Of a stretch of 64,000 nucleotides of DNA, positions 1 through 12,257 are shown piece after piece; position 1 is the first letter of the stretch, and every line of letters starts with the position of its first letter. The notes below the pieces were generated by a model. It did no database searches and had not been told where the DNA came from. It saw nothing but the letters and a program-made list of their open reading frames with translations. Origin of the DNA: Octopus sinensis (Eukaryota); NCBI RefSeq assembly GCF_006345805.1, contig NC_043015.1, positions 35,464,001 through 35,528,000 of the forward strand, written 5' to 3'. Position numbers and translations under genes: made by a program.

Positions 1-3000
1 CGTTCACACATGCGTCCACACAAAGAAGCCTCGTTCACACGTCATGCGTCCATACACGCCACGTTCACACATAATGCGTCCACACAAACAAGCCTCGTTC
101 ACACATCGTGCGTCCATACACGCCTCGTTCACACATCATGCGTCCACACAAAGAAGCTTCGTTCACACATCATGCGTCCATTCAAACAAGCCTCGTTCAC
201 ACATCATGCGTCCACACAAAGAAGCCTCGTTCACACATCATGCGTCCATACAAAGAAGCCTCGTTCACACATCATTCGTCCATACAAACAGGCCTCGTTC
301 ACACATCATGCGTCCATACATACACGCCTCGTTCACACATCATGCGTCCACACAAACGAGCCTCGTTCACACATCATGCGTCAATTCAAACAAGCCTCGT
401 TCACACATGCGTCCATTCAAACAAGGCTCGTTCACCCGTCATGCGTCCATACAAACAAGCCTCGTTCACACATCATGCGTCCACACAAACAAGCCTCGTT
501 CACACATCATGCGTCCATACATACACGCCTCGTTCACACATCGTGCGTCCATTCCAACAAGCCTCGTTCACACATGTGTTCATACAAAGAAGCCTCGTTC
601 ACACATCATGCGTCTATACAAACAAGCCTCGTTCACACATCATTCGTCCATACAAACAGGCCTCGTTCACACATCATGCGTCCATACATACACGCCTCGT
701 TCACACATCATGCGTCCCACAAACAAGCCTCCACACATCATGCGTCCACACAAAGAAGCCTCGTTCACACATCATGCGTTCATACAAACAAGGCACGTTC
801 ACCCGTCATGCGTCCATACAAACAGGCCTCGTTCACACATCATGCGTCCATACAAACAAGCCTCGTTCACACATCATGCGTCCATACATACACGCCTCGT
901 TCACACATCATGCGTCCACACAAACAAGCCTCGTTCACACATCATGTGTCCATTCAAACAAGCCTCGTTCACACATCATGCGTCCAAACAACCAAGCCTC
1001 GTTCACACTTTATGCGTTCATACAAACAAGCCTCGTTCACACCTCATGCGTTCATGCAAACAAGCCTCGTTCACCGCCATGCGTTCATACAAACAAGGCT
1101 CGTTCACCCGTCATGCGTCCATACAAACAAGCCTGGTTCATACATCATGCGTCCACACAAACAAGCCTCGTTCACACATCATGCGTCCACACAAACAAGC
1201 CTCGTTCACACATCATGCGTCCATACACGCCTCGTTCACACATCATGCGTCCACACAAAGAAGACTCGTTCCCACATCATGCGTTCATACAAACAGGCCT
1301 CGTTCACACATCATGCGTCCACACAAACAAGCCTCGTTCACACATCATGCGTCCATACAAACAAGCCTCGTTCACACATCATGCGTTCATACAAACAAGC
1401 CTCGTTCACACATCTTGCGTTCATACAAACAAGCCTCGTTCACACATTATGCGTTCACACATACACGCCTCGTTCACACATCATGCGTCCACACAAACAA
1501 GCCTCGTTCACACATCATGCGTCCATACAAACAAGCCTCGTTCACACATCATGCGTTCATACAAACAAGCCTCGTTCACACATCATGCGTCCATACAAAC
1601 AAGCCTCGTTCACCCGTCATGCGTCCATACAAACAAGCCTCGTTCACACATCATGCGTCCATACAAATATGCCTCGTTCACACATCATGCGTCCATACAC
1701 ACAAGCCTCGTTCACACCTCATGCGTCCATATACACAAGCCTCGGTCACACATCATACGTCCATACACGCCTCGTTCACACATCATGCGTCCACACAAAG
1801 AAGCCTCGTTCACACATCATGCGTACATTCAAACAAGCATCGTTCACATATCATGCGTCCACACATAGAAGCCTCGTTCACACATCATGCGTCCATAGAA
1901 AGAAGCCTCGTTCACACATCATGCGTCCATACACACAAGCCTCGTTCACACATCATGCGCCCATACACGCCTCGTTCACACACGCTTCCACACAAAGAAG
2001 CTTCGTTCATACATCATGCGTCCATTCAAACAAGCCTCGTTCACACATCATGCGTTCATACAAACAAGGCTCGTTCACCCGTCATGCGTCCATACAAACA
2101 AGCCTCGTTCACACATCATGCGTCCATACAAACAAGCCTCGTTCACACATCATGCGTCCATACAAACAAGCCTCGTTCACACATCATGCGTCCATACATA
2201 CACGCCTCGTTCACACACATCATGCGTTCATACAAATAAGCCTCGTTCACACATCATGCGTCCATTCAAACAAGCCTCGTTCACCGTCATGCGTTCATAC
2301 AAACAAGCCTCGTTCACACATCATGCGTCCATACAAACAAGCCTCGTTCACACATCATGCGTCCATACATACACGCCTCGTTCACACATCATGCGTTCAT
2401 ACAAACAAGCCTCGTTCACACATCATGCGTCCATACAAACAAGCCTCGTTCACCGTCATGCGTCCATACAAACAAGCCTCGTTCACCCGTCATGCGTTCA
2501 TACAAACAGGCCTCGTTCACCCGTCATGTGTTCATACAAACAGGCCTCGTTCACACATCATGCGTCCATACAAACAAGCCTCGTTCACACATCATGCGTT
2601 CATACAAACAAGCCTCGTTCACCCGTCATGCGTTCATACAAACAAGCCTCGTTCACACATCATGCGTTCATACAAACAAGCCTCGTTCACACATCTTGCG
2701 TCCATTCAAACAAGCCTCGTTCACACATGCGTTCATACAAACAAGGCTCGTTCACCCGTCATGCGTCCATACAAACAAGCCTCGTTCACACATCATGCGT
2801 CCATACAAACAAGCTTCGTTCACACATCATGCGTCCATACAAACAGGCCTTGTTCACACATCATGCGTTCATACAAACAAGCCTCGTTCACACATCATGC
2901 GTCCATACAAACAAGCCTCGTTCACACATCATGCGTCCATACAAACAAACCTCGTTCACACATCATGCGTCCATACAAACAAGCCTCGTTCACCGTCATG

Positions 3001-3440
3001 CGTTCATACAAACAAGCCTCGTTCACACATGCGTTCATACAAACAAGCCTCGTTCACACATCATGCGTCCATACAAACAAGCCTTGTTCACACATCATGC
3101 GTCCATAAAACAAGCCTCGTTCACCGTCATGCGTTCATACAAACAAGGCTCGTTCACCCGTCATGCGTTCATACAAACAAGCCTCGTTCACACATCATGC
3201 GTTCATACAAACAAGCCTCGTTCACACATCATGCGTCCATTCAAACAGGCCTCGTTCAAACATGCGTTCATACAAACAAGCCTCGTTCACACATCATGCG
3301 TCCATACAAACAGGCCTCGTTCACACATCATGCGTCCATACAAACAAGCCTCGTTCACACATCATGCGTCCACACAAACAGGCCTCGTTCACACATCATG
3401 CGTCCATACACACAAGCCTCGTTCACACATGCGTCCATAC
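1..3440 (+). repeat. 34-bp tandem satellite (consensus CGTCCATACAAACAAGCCTCGTTCACACATCATG), roughly 100 units, with 30-33 bp variants; continues off the left edge
   Basis: Unit read directly and repeated continuously. It has no stop codon in any + frame, which explains the overlapping long ORFs. Confidence 0.97.
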
Positions 3441-3454
3441 ATAGATGTTCATAC

Positions 3455-3870
3455 ATTCAGGGACATGTAATTCAGGGGCAGGTAATTAAGGGGCATGTAA
3501 TTCAGGGGAAGGTAATCCAGGGGCAGGTAATTATGGGGAAGGTAATTGAGGGGCAGGTAACTCAGGGTCAGGTAACTGAGGGGCAGGTAATTCAGGTGCA
3601 TGTAATTCAGGAGCAGGTAATTCAGGGGCATGTAATTATGGGGAAGGTAATTCAGGGCAGATAATCCAGGGGCAGGTAAATCAGAGGAATATAATTCAGG
3701 GGCAGGTAATCCAGGGTTACGTAATTCAGGGGCAGGTAATTCAAGTGCATGTAATTCAGGGTCATATAACTCCGGGGCAGGTAATTCAGGTGCATGTAAC
3801 TCAGGCAGGTAATTCAGGTGCATGTAACTCAGGGCAGGTAATTCAGGTGCATGTAACTCAGGGGCAGGTA
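3455..3870 (+). repeat. 15-bp G-rich tandem array (consensus GGGGCAGGTAATTCA), about 27 units
   Basis: Repeated ggggcaggtaattca/ggtgcatgtaactca units; translates as QGQVI-type pentapeptide repeats. Confidence 0.92.
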
Positions 3871-3976
3871 AGGGTTGGGTTAGGGTTTAGGGTTGGGGTT
3901 GGTTGGGGTTGGGGTTGGGTTAGGGTTTGGGGTTGGGTTAGCGTTAGGGGTTTGGGGTTGGGTTAGGGTTAGGGTA
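3868..3976 (+). repeat. Degenerate telomere-like (TTAGGG/TTGGGG)n array, interstitial
   Basis: gggttagggtttagggttggggtt...gggttagggttagggt; G-rich strand on +. Confidence 0.85.
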
Positions 3977-3977
3977 A

Positions 3978-4110
3978 TATACTCTTTCACTGTGACCATG
4001 GTGGAGCACCGCCTTTAGTCAAGCAAATCAACCCCAGGAATTATTCTTTGTATGCCTATTACTTAATGTATAGGTCTCTTTTGCAGAACCGATAAGTTAC
4101 GGGGACGTAA
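3978..4110 (-). mobile_element. 3' part of SINE family A
   Basis: Matches the ...ccatgctggagcaccgcc...gaaccgctaagt.acggggacgtaa segment of the full copy at 45450-45848. Confidence 0.75.
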
Positions 4111-4254
4111 TGTTCGATATACTGATTTAGTAGGTATTTATTTATTGTAATAATTTCAATTATCATAAATTATGGGCTAGGAAAATACTAGAAACTTTTT
4201 GATAGACCTATCGGGGCTCCATGAGTGTGTGGGACTTTTTAATTATGTGAGTGT

Positions 4255-4354
4255 NNNNNNNNNNNNNNNNNNNNNNNNNNNNNNNNNNNNNNNNNNNNNN
4301 NNNNNNNNNNNNNNNNNNNNNNNNNNNNNNNNNNNNNNNNNNNNNNNNNNNNNN
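4255..4354. other. Assembly gap (100 N)
   Basis: Run of exactly 100 N. Confidence 1.
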
Positions 4355-4366
4355 ATATATATATAC

Positions 4367-4422
<56 letters not shown>

Positions 4423-5033
4423 TATATATATAATATATATATATATGTATATAGTGCACTCATAATTAGCGTGGTGGAAATTAGACCTAATTAATCAATA
4501 GAACCACAAAGTTAATTCAATCAGTGACATGGATTCTAAATAATTCGGTCAAAATCTAGTTGGCATTGGATGGCCAGTGTTATGATGTCCGACTTTAAGA
4601 GCTGTGAATACTCCATTAACAATGGTCATAGAACAAATGTGAAGCTTCGTTAATTGACGTAATTGCTTCATACGCATCCACACAAATAGACCTACACACA
4701 CACACACAAGCACACATCTACGCACGCTCGCTAGGAAACACCCACTTCTGTATTCATATAGGCATACAGACAGACATATGCATGAGTACATACAATATAT
4801 ATATATACTTCTTATCTCTCACTTTGTCTGTCTGTCTGCTTCTGTCTCTGTCTCGCCCTCTATATATGTATATGTGTATATATATATATGTGTGTGTATA
4901 TACATGAGTGTGTGTATATATATGTATATATGTGTGTACATATATATGTATATATGTATATTATATATGTATATATAAGTGTGTATATATGTGTATATAT
5001 ATCTGTGTATATATATGTGCATATATATGTGTG

Positions 5034-5079
<46 letters not shown>

Positions 5080-5129
5080 CGTGCGTATTTTTCAATTATA
5101 ATAAAGGGTAAAATTAATTAATTATTGCT

Positions 5130-6420
5130 GTCTGTTATGGTAGAGGAATAGGATCTAACTGCTATTTCTAAATTTCGGTAGAAGACAAAAGCACAAAACT
5201 TCAAATTAATTAAACGATTACAAGTTAAATCACTTGCTAGTTACCAGCATGGTTACAAATTCAAAGTCCTACTACAGTTTACTAAAGCCTACTTGATTTA
5301 TATTATTATTAATAGTATATTGTTCTTGTTACTAAACTTGTCATATTAACTCTTGCTTGGGTGTAACCATATGGGGCCTACCCCAAAATTTCTCTTCCAT
5401 TTATACACAATATGCTTGAGGGCAATAATAGCTCGTAGGAAAGCTTCTACTGCAGTGCCAAGTACAAACAAATACAATCTAAAGACGTCTCCAATCATTA
5501 TTACGTTGTTACGTTGTTATACGTGGGGTCGGGGATCCTAAATGCGTAAATCTAATGGGGTCCACAATAAATGGAAGTAGATCACTATGCTGGCTGAAAA
5601 TTAGGTCCAGATTGAAATGAAGCTAATTAAAACAAGCTCACCCATGGTGTAGAAAGTTCAGTCAAGTAAAATTAGTTGTAAGTACAACCTTAGCTGAGAT
5701 GGCGGGTTCAGGCTCTCATATTCTCTCTGTATTCTCATATGTCCTCTGTATTCTAAATTAGGTCCATAGTTGAAAGAATTGTCTTTATTACAGGGTGTAA
5801 GGAGGTTATATTAAGGAGAGAAAGCTTTATAAATATATTATGTATTTAGTTATTATGGGTGGAGATAGAATTTAAACCCGGATATGTTGGTGAAGGGATA
5901 TTGCTCCTAAATCCTCGATAAGGGATTCAGGTGTGTAATACTATTAAAATAACTTTAATTTAGGAGTTAATATATGCCCTCATTTAATATCGAGAACTAC
6001 TATTTCTGTGGTGAAGGGCTCTGGGTTCTAAGTGTGGGGATGGTGCAAAGAGTCTCTAATGCTATTTATATTTATCGAAGGTAAACTTATGCAGAAAGGG
6101 CCTAGTTTTTCTCAATTTAAGGAGCGGGTCTTGTGTCGCTAGTATCAAAATTCTTTCATTGATGCAAAAATAGCATTTCTTATTTTTCACATTTTACGAA
6201 GGTATGGAGACGAGGATCTTCCATTCTAAAACGAATCTAGTACTTTTATCTTTAAGTTCCCAAATATATTCACTTAATCCGGTCGTATTTCTATTTCTGA
6301 TAGAGTGTTGGTGTGCAGCTAGCCTTCGTTTCATTTAATTTTGGGTATCTCCTATGTATATCTTTTTACTAAACTGTGTTGTGACAGATATTGCATGTAT
6401 CCTATGAGTATGGTATGCTT
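5130..6420 (-). mobile_element. Penelope-like element relic (family 1): GIY-YIG endonuclease C-terminus (about 6060-6420) plus downstream region
   Basis: Minus-strand translation KKIYIGDTQN*MKRRLAAHQHSIRNRNTTGLSEYIWELKDK...WKIL...KCYFCINERILIL. Extent below 6060 rests on weak similarity to 11520-11580. Confidence 0.7.
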
Positions 6421-6542
6421 GCATACCCATTCCCAGGGTTAACAGTTAATTTATACCGTTAGTAATAACGGATGCCCTTTCCTTTAGACGGTTATTCCAA
6501 CCGCTAACTCAACTTGCCTACATATAGAGTTTCGTTACATGT

Positions 6543-7163
6543 GGTAAACTTCCCAACATGCTAAAGGAGGGCATAATATTCCCTGTCCATAAAAGGGGTG
6601 GCAGAGCAGATGTTAAAAGCTACAAGCTCCTCTCTCTGACCTAATATGTTAGCAAGACAATGGAATGCATTGTCAGAAAAAAACTGATCACGTTCCTAGA
6701 AAAACAACCTTCTTACAAACGTGCAACATGGATCCCATTCAGGGAAGTGCTGCCTCACACAGTTGCTGCACCACTGACTGAGTACGGAAGCAACAGCTAA
6801 ACCAGTCAACTGTAGACGTGATATAACTCAACTTTGCCAAGACCTTCGACAATGTTGATCATGGTATGATATGTCACAAGCCTCGAAACCTTGGTATTAC
6901 TGGGAAACTGGGAGAGTGGCTGCATGATTTTCTGAAGGGCAGGAGTCAGACAGTTGCAGCCAATTCTCAGTGGGGTCCCACTGGAAACTGTACTGGGGCC
7001 ACTACTATTTGTCGTGGCCCTCTCAGACATGCCTTTCGCGGTATAGTCAGCCAATCTGACCAGTTATGCTGACAACACAAAAGTATCGCAGGCAGTTAGG
7101 AACCCAGAAGACATTGTAAAACTGCAGAAAGACCTGAACGAAATCTACAAATGGGCTAACAAT
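6543..7163 (+). pseudogene. CR1/L2-group LINE reverse transcriptase fragment (frameshifts, stops)
   Basis: GKLPNMLKEGIIFPVHKRGGRADVKSYKLLSLT...VDVI*LNFAKTFDNVDHG...WLHDFLKGRSQTV...GTVLGPLLF...SYADNTKV...LQKDLNEIYKWA. Confidence 0.9.
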
Positions 7164-7955
7164 CATACATACTGTGATACTGTCTCATAGGCACGGGCAT
7201 GGGTGTCTGTTATGAAGTTTATTTGTCAACAACATGCTTCCCTGTAGTTCTATTGCGTGGCACTCTGGGCAAGTGTCTTCAATTATTCTAAAGCCTTGTG
7301 TGTAGCATTAAGTTGCACATTGCTAGAGCAATATTGATCTCGATAAAACTTCGCCTGGGGGAACCTTATCTTCTCAGGTATGTACACAAAGAGAACTGTC
7401 CTCCAAATGCGACACTGAAACGTCGGGCGGCTCAATGTCATCGAAGCATGAGATAACTCAGAGCGCAAACCTTCCAAATATAATAACAAATATGTCTGCA
7501 TTTGTGTATATAATTATATATGCCTCATGTATAACTTATGTTCGATGATACCATAAAACTGTTCAAATTCCCCAAATCCCTAAATGCTTATTTACGTTTG
7601 TTACGCAATCTCTGATGATGTGATGATATAATCTTCTTGAAAATACTTCCTTATATAACATATCATTGTTAATGAAATACTGAAAGGTGTATTGACTAAG
7701 CTCGAACATTTATCTGCGCACTTGTTTTACATTTGTCTCTAGTGTTTCAAATATCGGAATAGAACTAAAGAAACATGGAATAGTAAAATATTTTTTCCCC
7801 ACAAATGGATCTTTTGAATTATTGCTGAAGGCATGGAGTTCAAAACATTGGTGGTTATATGTTCTGATCAATAAGCTACACAGCACAAAATATGACTACA
7901 TACATAATCATATCTGTATAATTCTCTTTCTATTTCTCTCTCTCTCGCACGTTCC

Positions 7956-7995
<40 letters not shown>

Positions 7996-8564
7996 GTGTG
8001 TGTATGCTTGTGTATATGAATAACGTGAGTGTGAGAGAGAGATGGGGGGAAGAGAGTTAAAGCATGAGAGAGACATATAGGGCTTCTAATAGATTATGTG
8101 ATTAATCGATGTGTGAATCAAACGTGCGAAAAAGATACTTTAGTTCCATATTATCTTTGTTACGTACAAACTAGGTACAAAAGCCTCACCAATGAGCAAT
8201 GACGTAAAACATGCAACTACTGGTCCCCTCTGTGCATAGAATCATACACATTCACTGCCAGATGCATATATACTCATAGTACACACATGAATGCATGCGT
8301 TTGTATGTATGTGTGTGTATATATATATATATATATGAGTGTTTGTGTGCATATACTTTTTGTGTGTGTGTGTGTGTTTATGTACATGTATTCTGTAATG
8401 CACATTCATTATTCCTTTACCTATAGGCAATATATATATAGATATAGATGAAAAACGAAACATGTGTAGGCACATATATACATTACACCTTTCTCGCTCG
8501 AATGTGTGTGTGTGTGTGTGTGTGTGCATAAGAATATATGTAGAACAACATTAAGTGCTTTTCT

Positions 8565-8613
<49 letters not shown>

Positions 8614-8624
8614 TCACACATATT

Positions 8625-8664
<40 letters not shown>

Positions 8665-9353
8665 TATATATATATGTCCATACATATGTACAGAGAGAGT
8701 GAGAGAGAAGGAGAGTTAAAGGGGGAGAGAGAAAAGCGGGAAAGAAAGAATGAGATTAGAGGGAGAAATGGTATGTAGCATACTCAGTTAAATCTGCAGG
8801 TTATAGAATTATATCCGAGCGTCCGTGTTGGAGAATATAAAATACAAAGACCATAATTGGTTCGATGGAATTGCGTTTCATAAAATACAATCTGAATATA
8901 AAGAAGGTTGCAAAAATTACCAACATAAACAATCTAAAAAAAGGACCAAAACAACACGAAATGAAACAAGTAAACCACAAACAAAATAAACATGAAAGAT
9001 CTGAAGGAATGGATGAGTCGCAAGAGGTGGGGTTCAAAGTTAGAACAACGAATTGGGAACTTGGTCGATGTCATGTCACAGTCCTTGATGGGTCGTAAAG
9101 ACGGAATGATAAAACAATGTTCGGAAGTGGAGTAGTTTCGTGTTAAAATGTTAGCCATGAAACAATAACCCACCAGTCCCCTCTTTTTACTCTCCGAAAG
9201 GGTGGTGGTGAATTTGGTGTGGTTAGCGTAGTGAGAGGATCAATACGAAATTATTCGTTAAATATTGTCCACCATATTGTTTCCGCTTTGATCGGCAGAA
9301 GAGCGTATTGCTTTGTTTGGTTGTTTACATGATGGTCCCGATGGTTTACACAA

Positions 9354-9394
<41 letters not shown>

Positions 9395-9879
9395 AGTAGA
9401 TAGATATTTATATTGAAATATACGTATGTATATATACATATATATACATGTGTGTGTGGGTATGCACATGCATATATATGTGTGTGTTCGTACGTAATAT
9501 AAACACATACACACACAATACATGCATTTGTATGTATTTAAATATATGAAAATTCTGATGACAGGGATTGTTTATAACATTGGCCAAAGTCATTTTTTGG
9601 AAGGAATAAACAGAAAGAAATATAAAAAGAAGGAAAGGAAAAAACAAACAATGAGAAACCACATAAAACTGCTCCGTCCATTCAGATAGAGAAGGTAAAT
9701 GCGATGTGAGTTGTGTTAGCATGGCGCGAGAAGCGACATCAAATGCAGCATTACGATATTCAATACTCTTCGGTAGAAAATTTACTCATTATTTTCCCTC
9801 AATCTCTCTGTTCTCTCTTTCTTCTCTCTCATCTCTGTCTCTCTCTCTCTATCTTCTCTGTTTGGTCCACTTTGTTTAG

Positions 9880-10525
9880 ACATGGGCATGGTTATGTGGT
9901 TAAAAAGCTCGCTTTGTAAGTACTTGGTTTCGTGTTCAGTCCGGCTGTGCAGCATCTTGGATAAGTGTTGTCTACAGTATCACCGGGCCTTGTGAGTGAT
10001 TAAGCGGAACTTAGTGGAAACCTGACTTATATGCACATGTATTTATGTATGTATGCATGCAAGTGGGTATGTATGTGCGTATTTGTTGTAATCCAACGTC
10101 GGACTGTTATAACGTCCACTCCAGTATATCAGTATAGTTGGTTAGACAAGACACGACTACCTGTGACCGACTTCGTCGACTTCTCACGCCACAATATTTG
10201 TAACGACTCACATACTACTCGACAAGTGGGAGGTGTGTTCCATTATCATTATTATCTTCAAAACAGTGTACATGTATGTATGTGAACATGTGTATGTATG
10301 AATGTATGTATACGTGCGTGTATGTGTGAATGTATGTGTCTTTATCTTTATGTTTGTTTCCCTCTTACACCTTGATAAAATGTGTAGCTTTGTATAAGTC
10401 TCCGTAACTTAACGGTTCCGCAAAAAATATCCCTATAGAAATAAAAGCCAGATCTAAAATCATGTACTAAATTGAATCTGTTCGACTAAAATCTTCAAGG
10501 AGTTGACCCAGTATAGCTGCAATTC
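9880..10525 (+). mobile_element. Degenerate SINE family A copy
   Basis: Head (9880-10030) and tail (10320-10525) resemble the copy at 63515-63925. Confidence 0.5.
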
Positions 10526-10655
10526 TTTAAGTATAACAAGCAGAAGGTAAAACATGCTAAAACATCCCACGAACGTGTGTGTAATTATATATATATATAT
10601 ACATATATATATATACATATATATTATATATAAACATACACACACACACACATAT

Positions 10656-11590
10656 GTTTATATAGGGACACTCAAAATGAAATGAAGAGATGACTAGTCA
10701 CACACTTACATACTTTTAGAAACAAATAAGCATAACTCAACTGGATTGAGGAAATTCATTTGGGAACTTAAAGATAATAACATTATTTTTGATTTGGAAT
10801 GGGTTATATTTGCTTCAGCACCCTCTTATAGCGTAAAAAAGAAAAAGTCTTACCTATGTATTAATGAAAACTTTTCATTCTTATGGCTAGACTCCCTGAT
10901 TAATCTGAGAGAGGAACGAAACAAAACTTGCTTCCACATAGGTAAACGTGTGTTCTTTAGATATAATTAAAATTAGTGAATTCTCTAATCCTCCTCTCCC
11001 ATAATGATAGCCATAGTTCTTTACCATAACCGTAGATAATTTGTACTTGATTGGTTGATTAATGGACGAGTTAATGAATTAAATTGATTAGTTTATTGAT
11101 TAATGACTACCCCCATTTGTTAAACTCAGCAATTTTACACATTGAAACAAACACAACCCCGCCTAGTCCAATAATTTACTTTTACCATTCCCCCCATAAC
11201 ACTCATTACTTAACAGCTCAGTATCAACTGTTCACTCTCATATGGTTATCCGCTTATATTTCTTTCGATAGTAATATACACATAACTATATACACATGTG
11301 TGTGTGTGTGTGTGTGTGTGCGCATGAATATATTTAAATTCTCAATCCCAGTTGGTCGAATGTTTCACAGTGGGTCAGCATGTAGAATCAATTCATTATC
11401 ACCGTCCTTTCTCCTTCTTTTCCTTTTTACGTATATTTTATTTAATTCTCCGCTCTGATGAAGTTCCATGATTCAATTTGGTATAACTAATTACCTACAA
11501 CTTTTGTTACTATTATTGTGGTGTTTAAAACTGAGAATCACGCTAACAGAAACCGCTGGCAGCTGAGATTCTATCTTTTTGTAATTAATC
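10656..11590 (+). mobile_element. Penelope-like element relic (family 1), GIY-YIG C-terminus and 3' region
   Basis: With frameshifts: VYIGDTQNEMKR*LVTHLHTFRNK..HNSTGLRKFIWELKDNNIIFDLEWVIFASAPSYSVKKKKSYLCINE; homologous to 6060-6420. Confidence 0.7.
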
Positions 11591-12257
11591 AACAAATGAA
11601 AATTGATGTCAATCCATTGTTGTTCATCAATTTATCTCCATTTTCTGTTTTCCTCGAAAAATGATAAACTAGTTTATTTTTGTCCTCATTCATGAGCATT
11701 AACACAATGCTCATGATTAAATATAGGTAATACATCAGTGGATTCGTTGGATACAAGTGTCACTTAGACATTTGTTATAATCTCTAAATTAACTCACCCA
11801 CACAGACACACATGTAAAACCTACCTACGATTGTTAATTGCGACAATGTTCGCATGAAACTAATAGTTTTGTATTAACAAAACTCAACTGCTAATATATG
11901 CACACAAACACTAGCATATCTATGCGTCTTTATATGTCTGTGTACATCAGTGCCTGTGTACATAAATAAAGCATCAAATTAAAACTGAAGTCCAAATTTC
12001 GAATGTAATATTGATATTTCCTGCATAACTTTAGTGTAATGTGAATTTGTCACGTAAAATAGGAAGAAAATGGTTTCAGTATACTCAATAACGATAAATT
12101 ACCACTGTGGGAATCAAATCAATAGATCTACTGATATTTTAACGATGGTAAATGGCATGTTGCCACAGGGAAAAAATGGTTTCAGCTGGCTTATTATTAC
12201 TTTATAATAAACATAATAATAATAATAATAACAATAATAATAATAATAATAATAATT

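Noticed and set aside
1-3440. CRISPR-like array (repeat length about 34 bp)
   Set aside because: Units are head-to-tail with no unique spacers, there are no cas genes, and the context is eukaryotic
10-3664. Long ORFs (1032, 731, 586, 484 and 435 aa) as protein-coding genes
   Set aside because: They overlap in all three frames and only reflect a stop-free 34-bp satellite; no unique domain, splice or expression evidence
3455-3870. CAGGTAA splice-donor-like motif in each 15-mer, and the QGQVI peptide repeat
   Set aside because: Position +5 is usually T rather than G, and nothing supports splicing or translation
11455-11570. CTGATGA hammerhead core in the PLE family 1 3' region
   Set aside because: No properly placed GAAA-NUH or paired helix II; at most an unrecoverable relic
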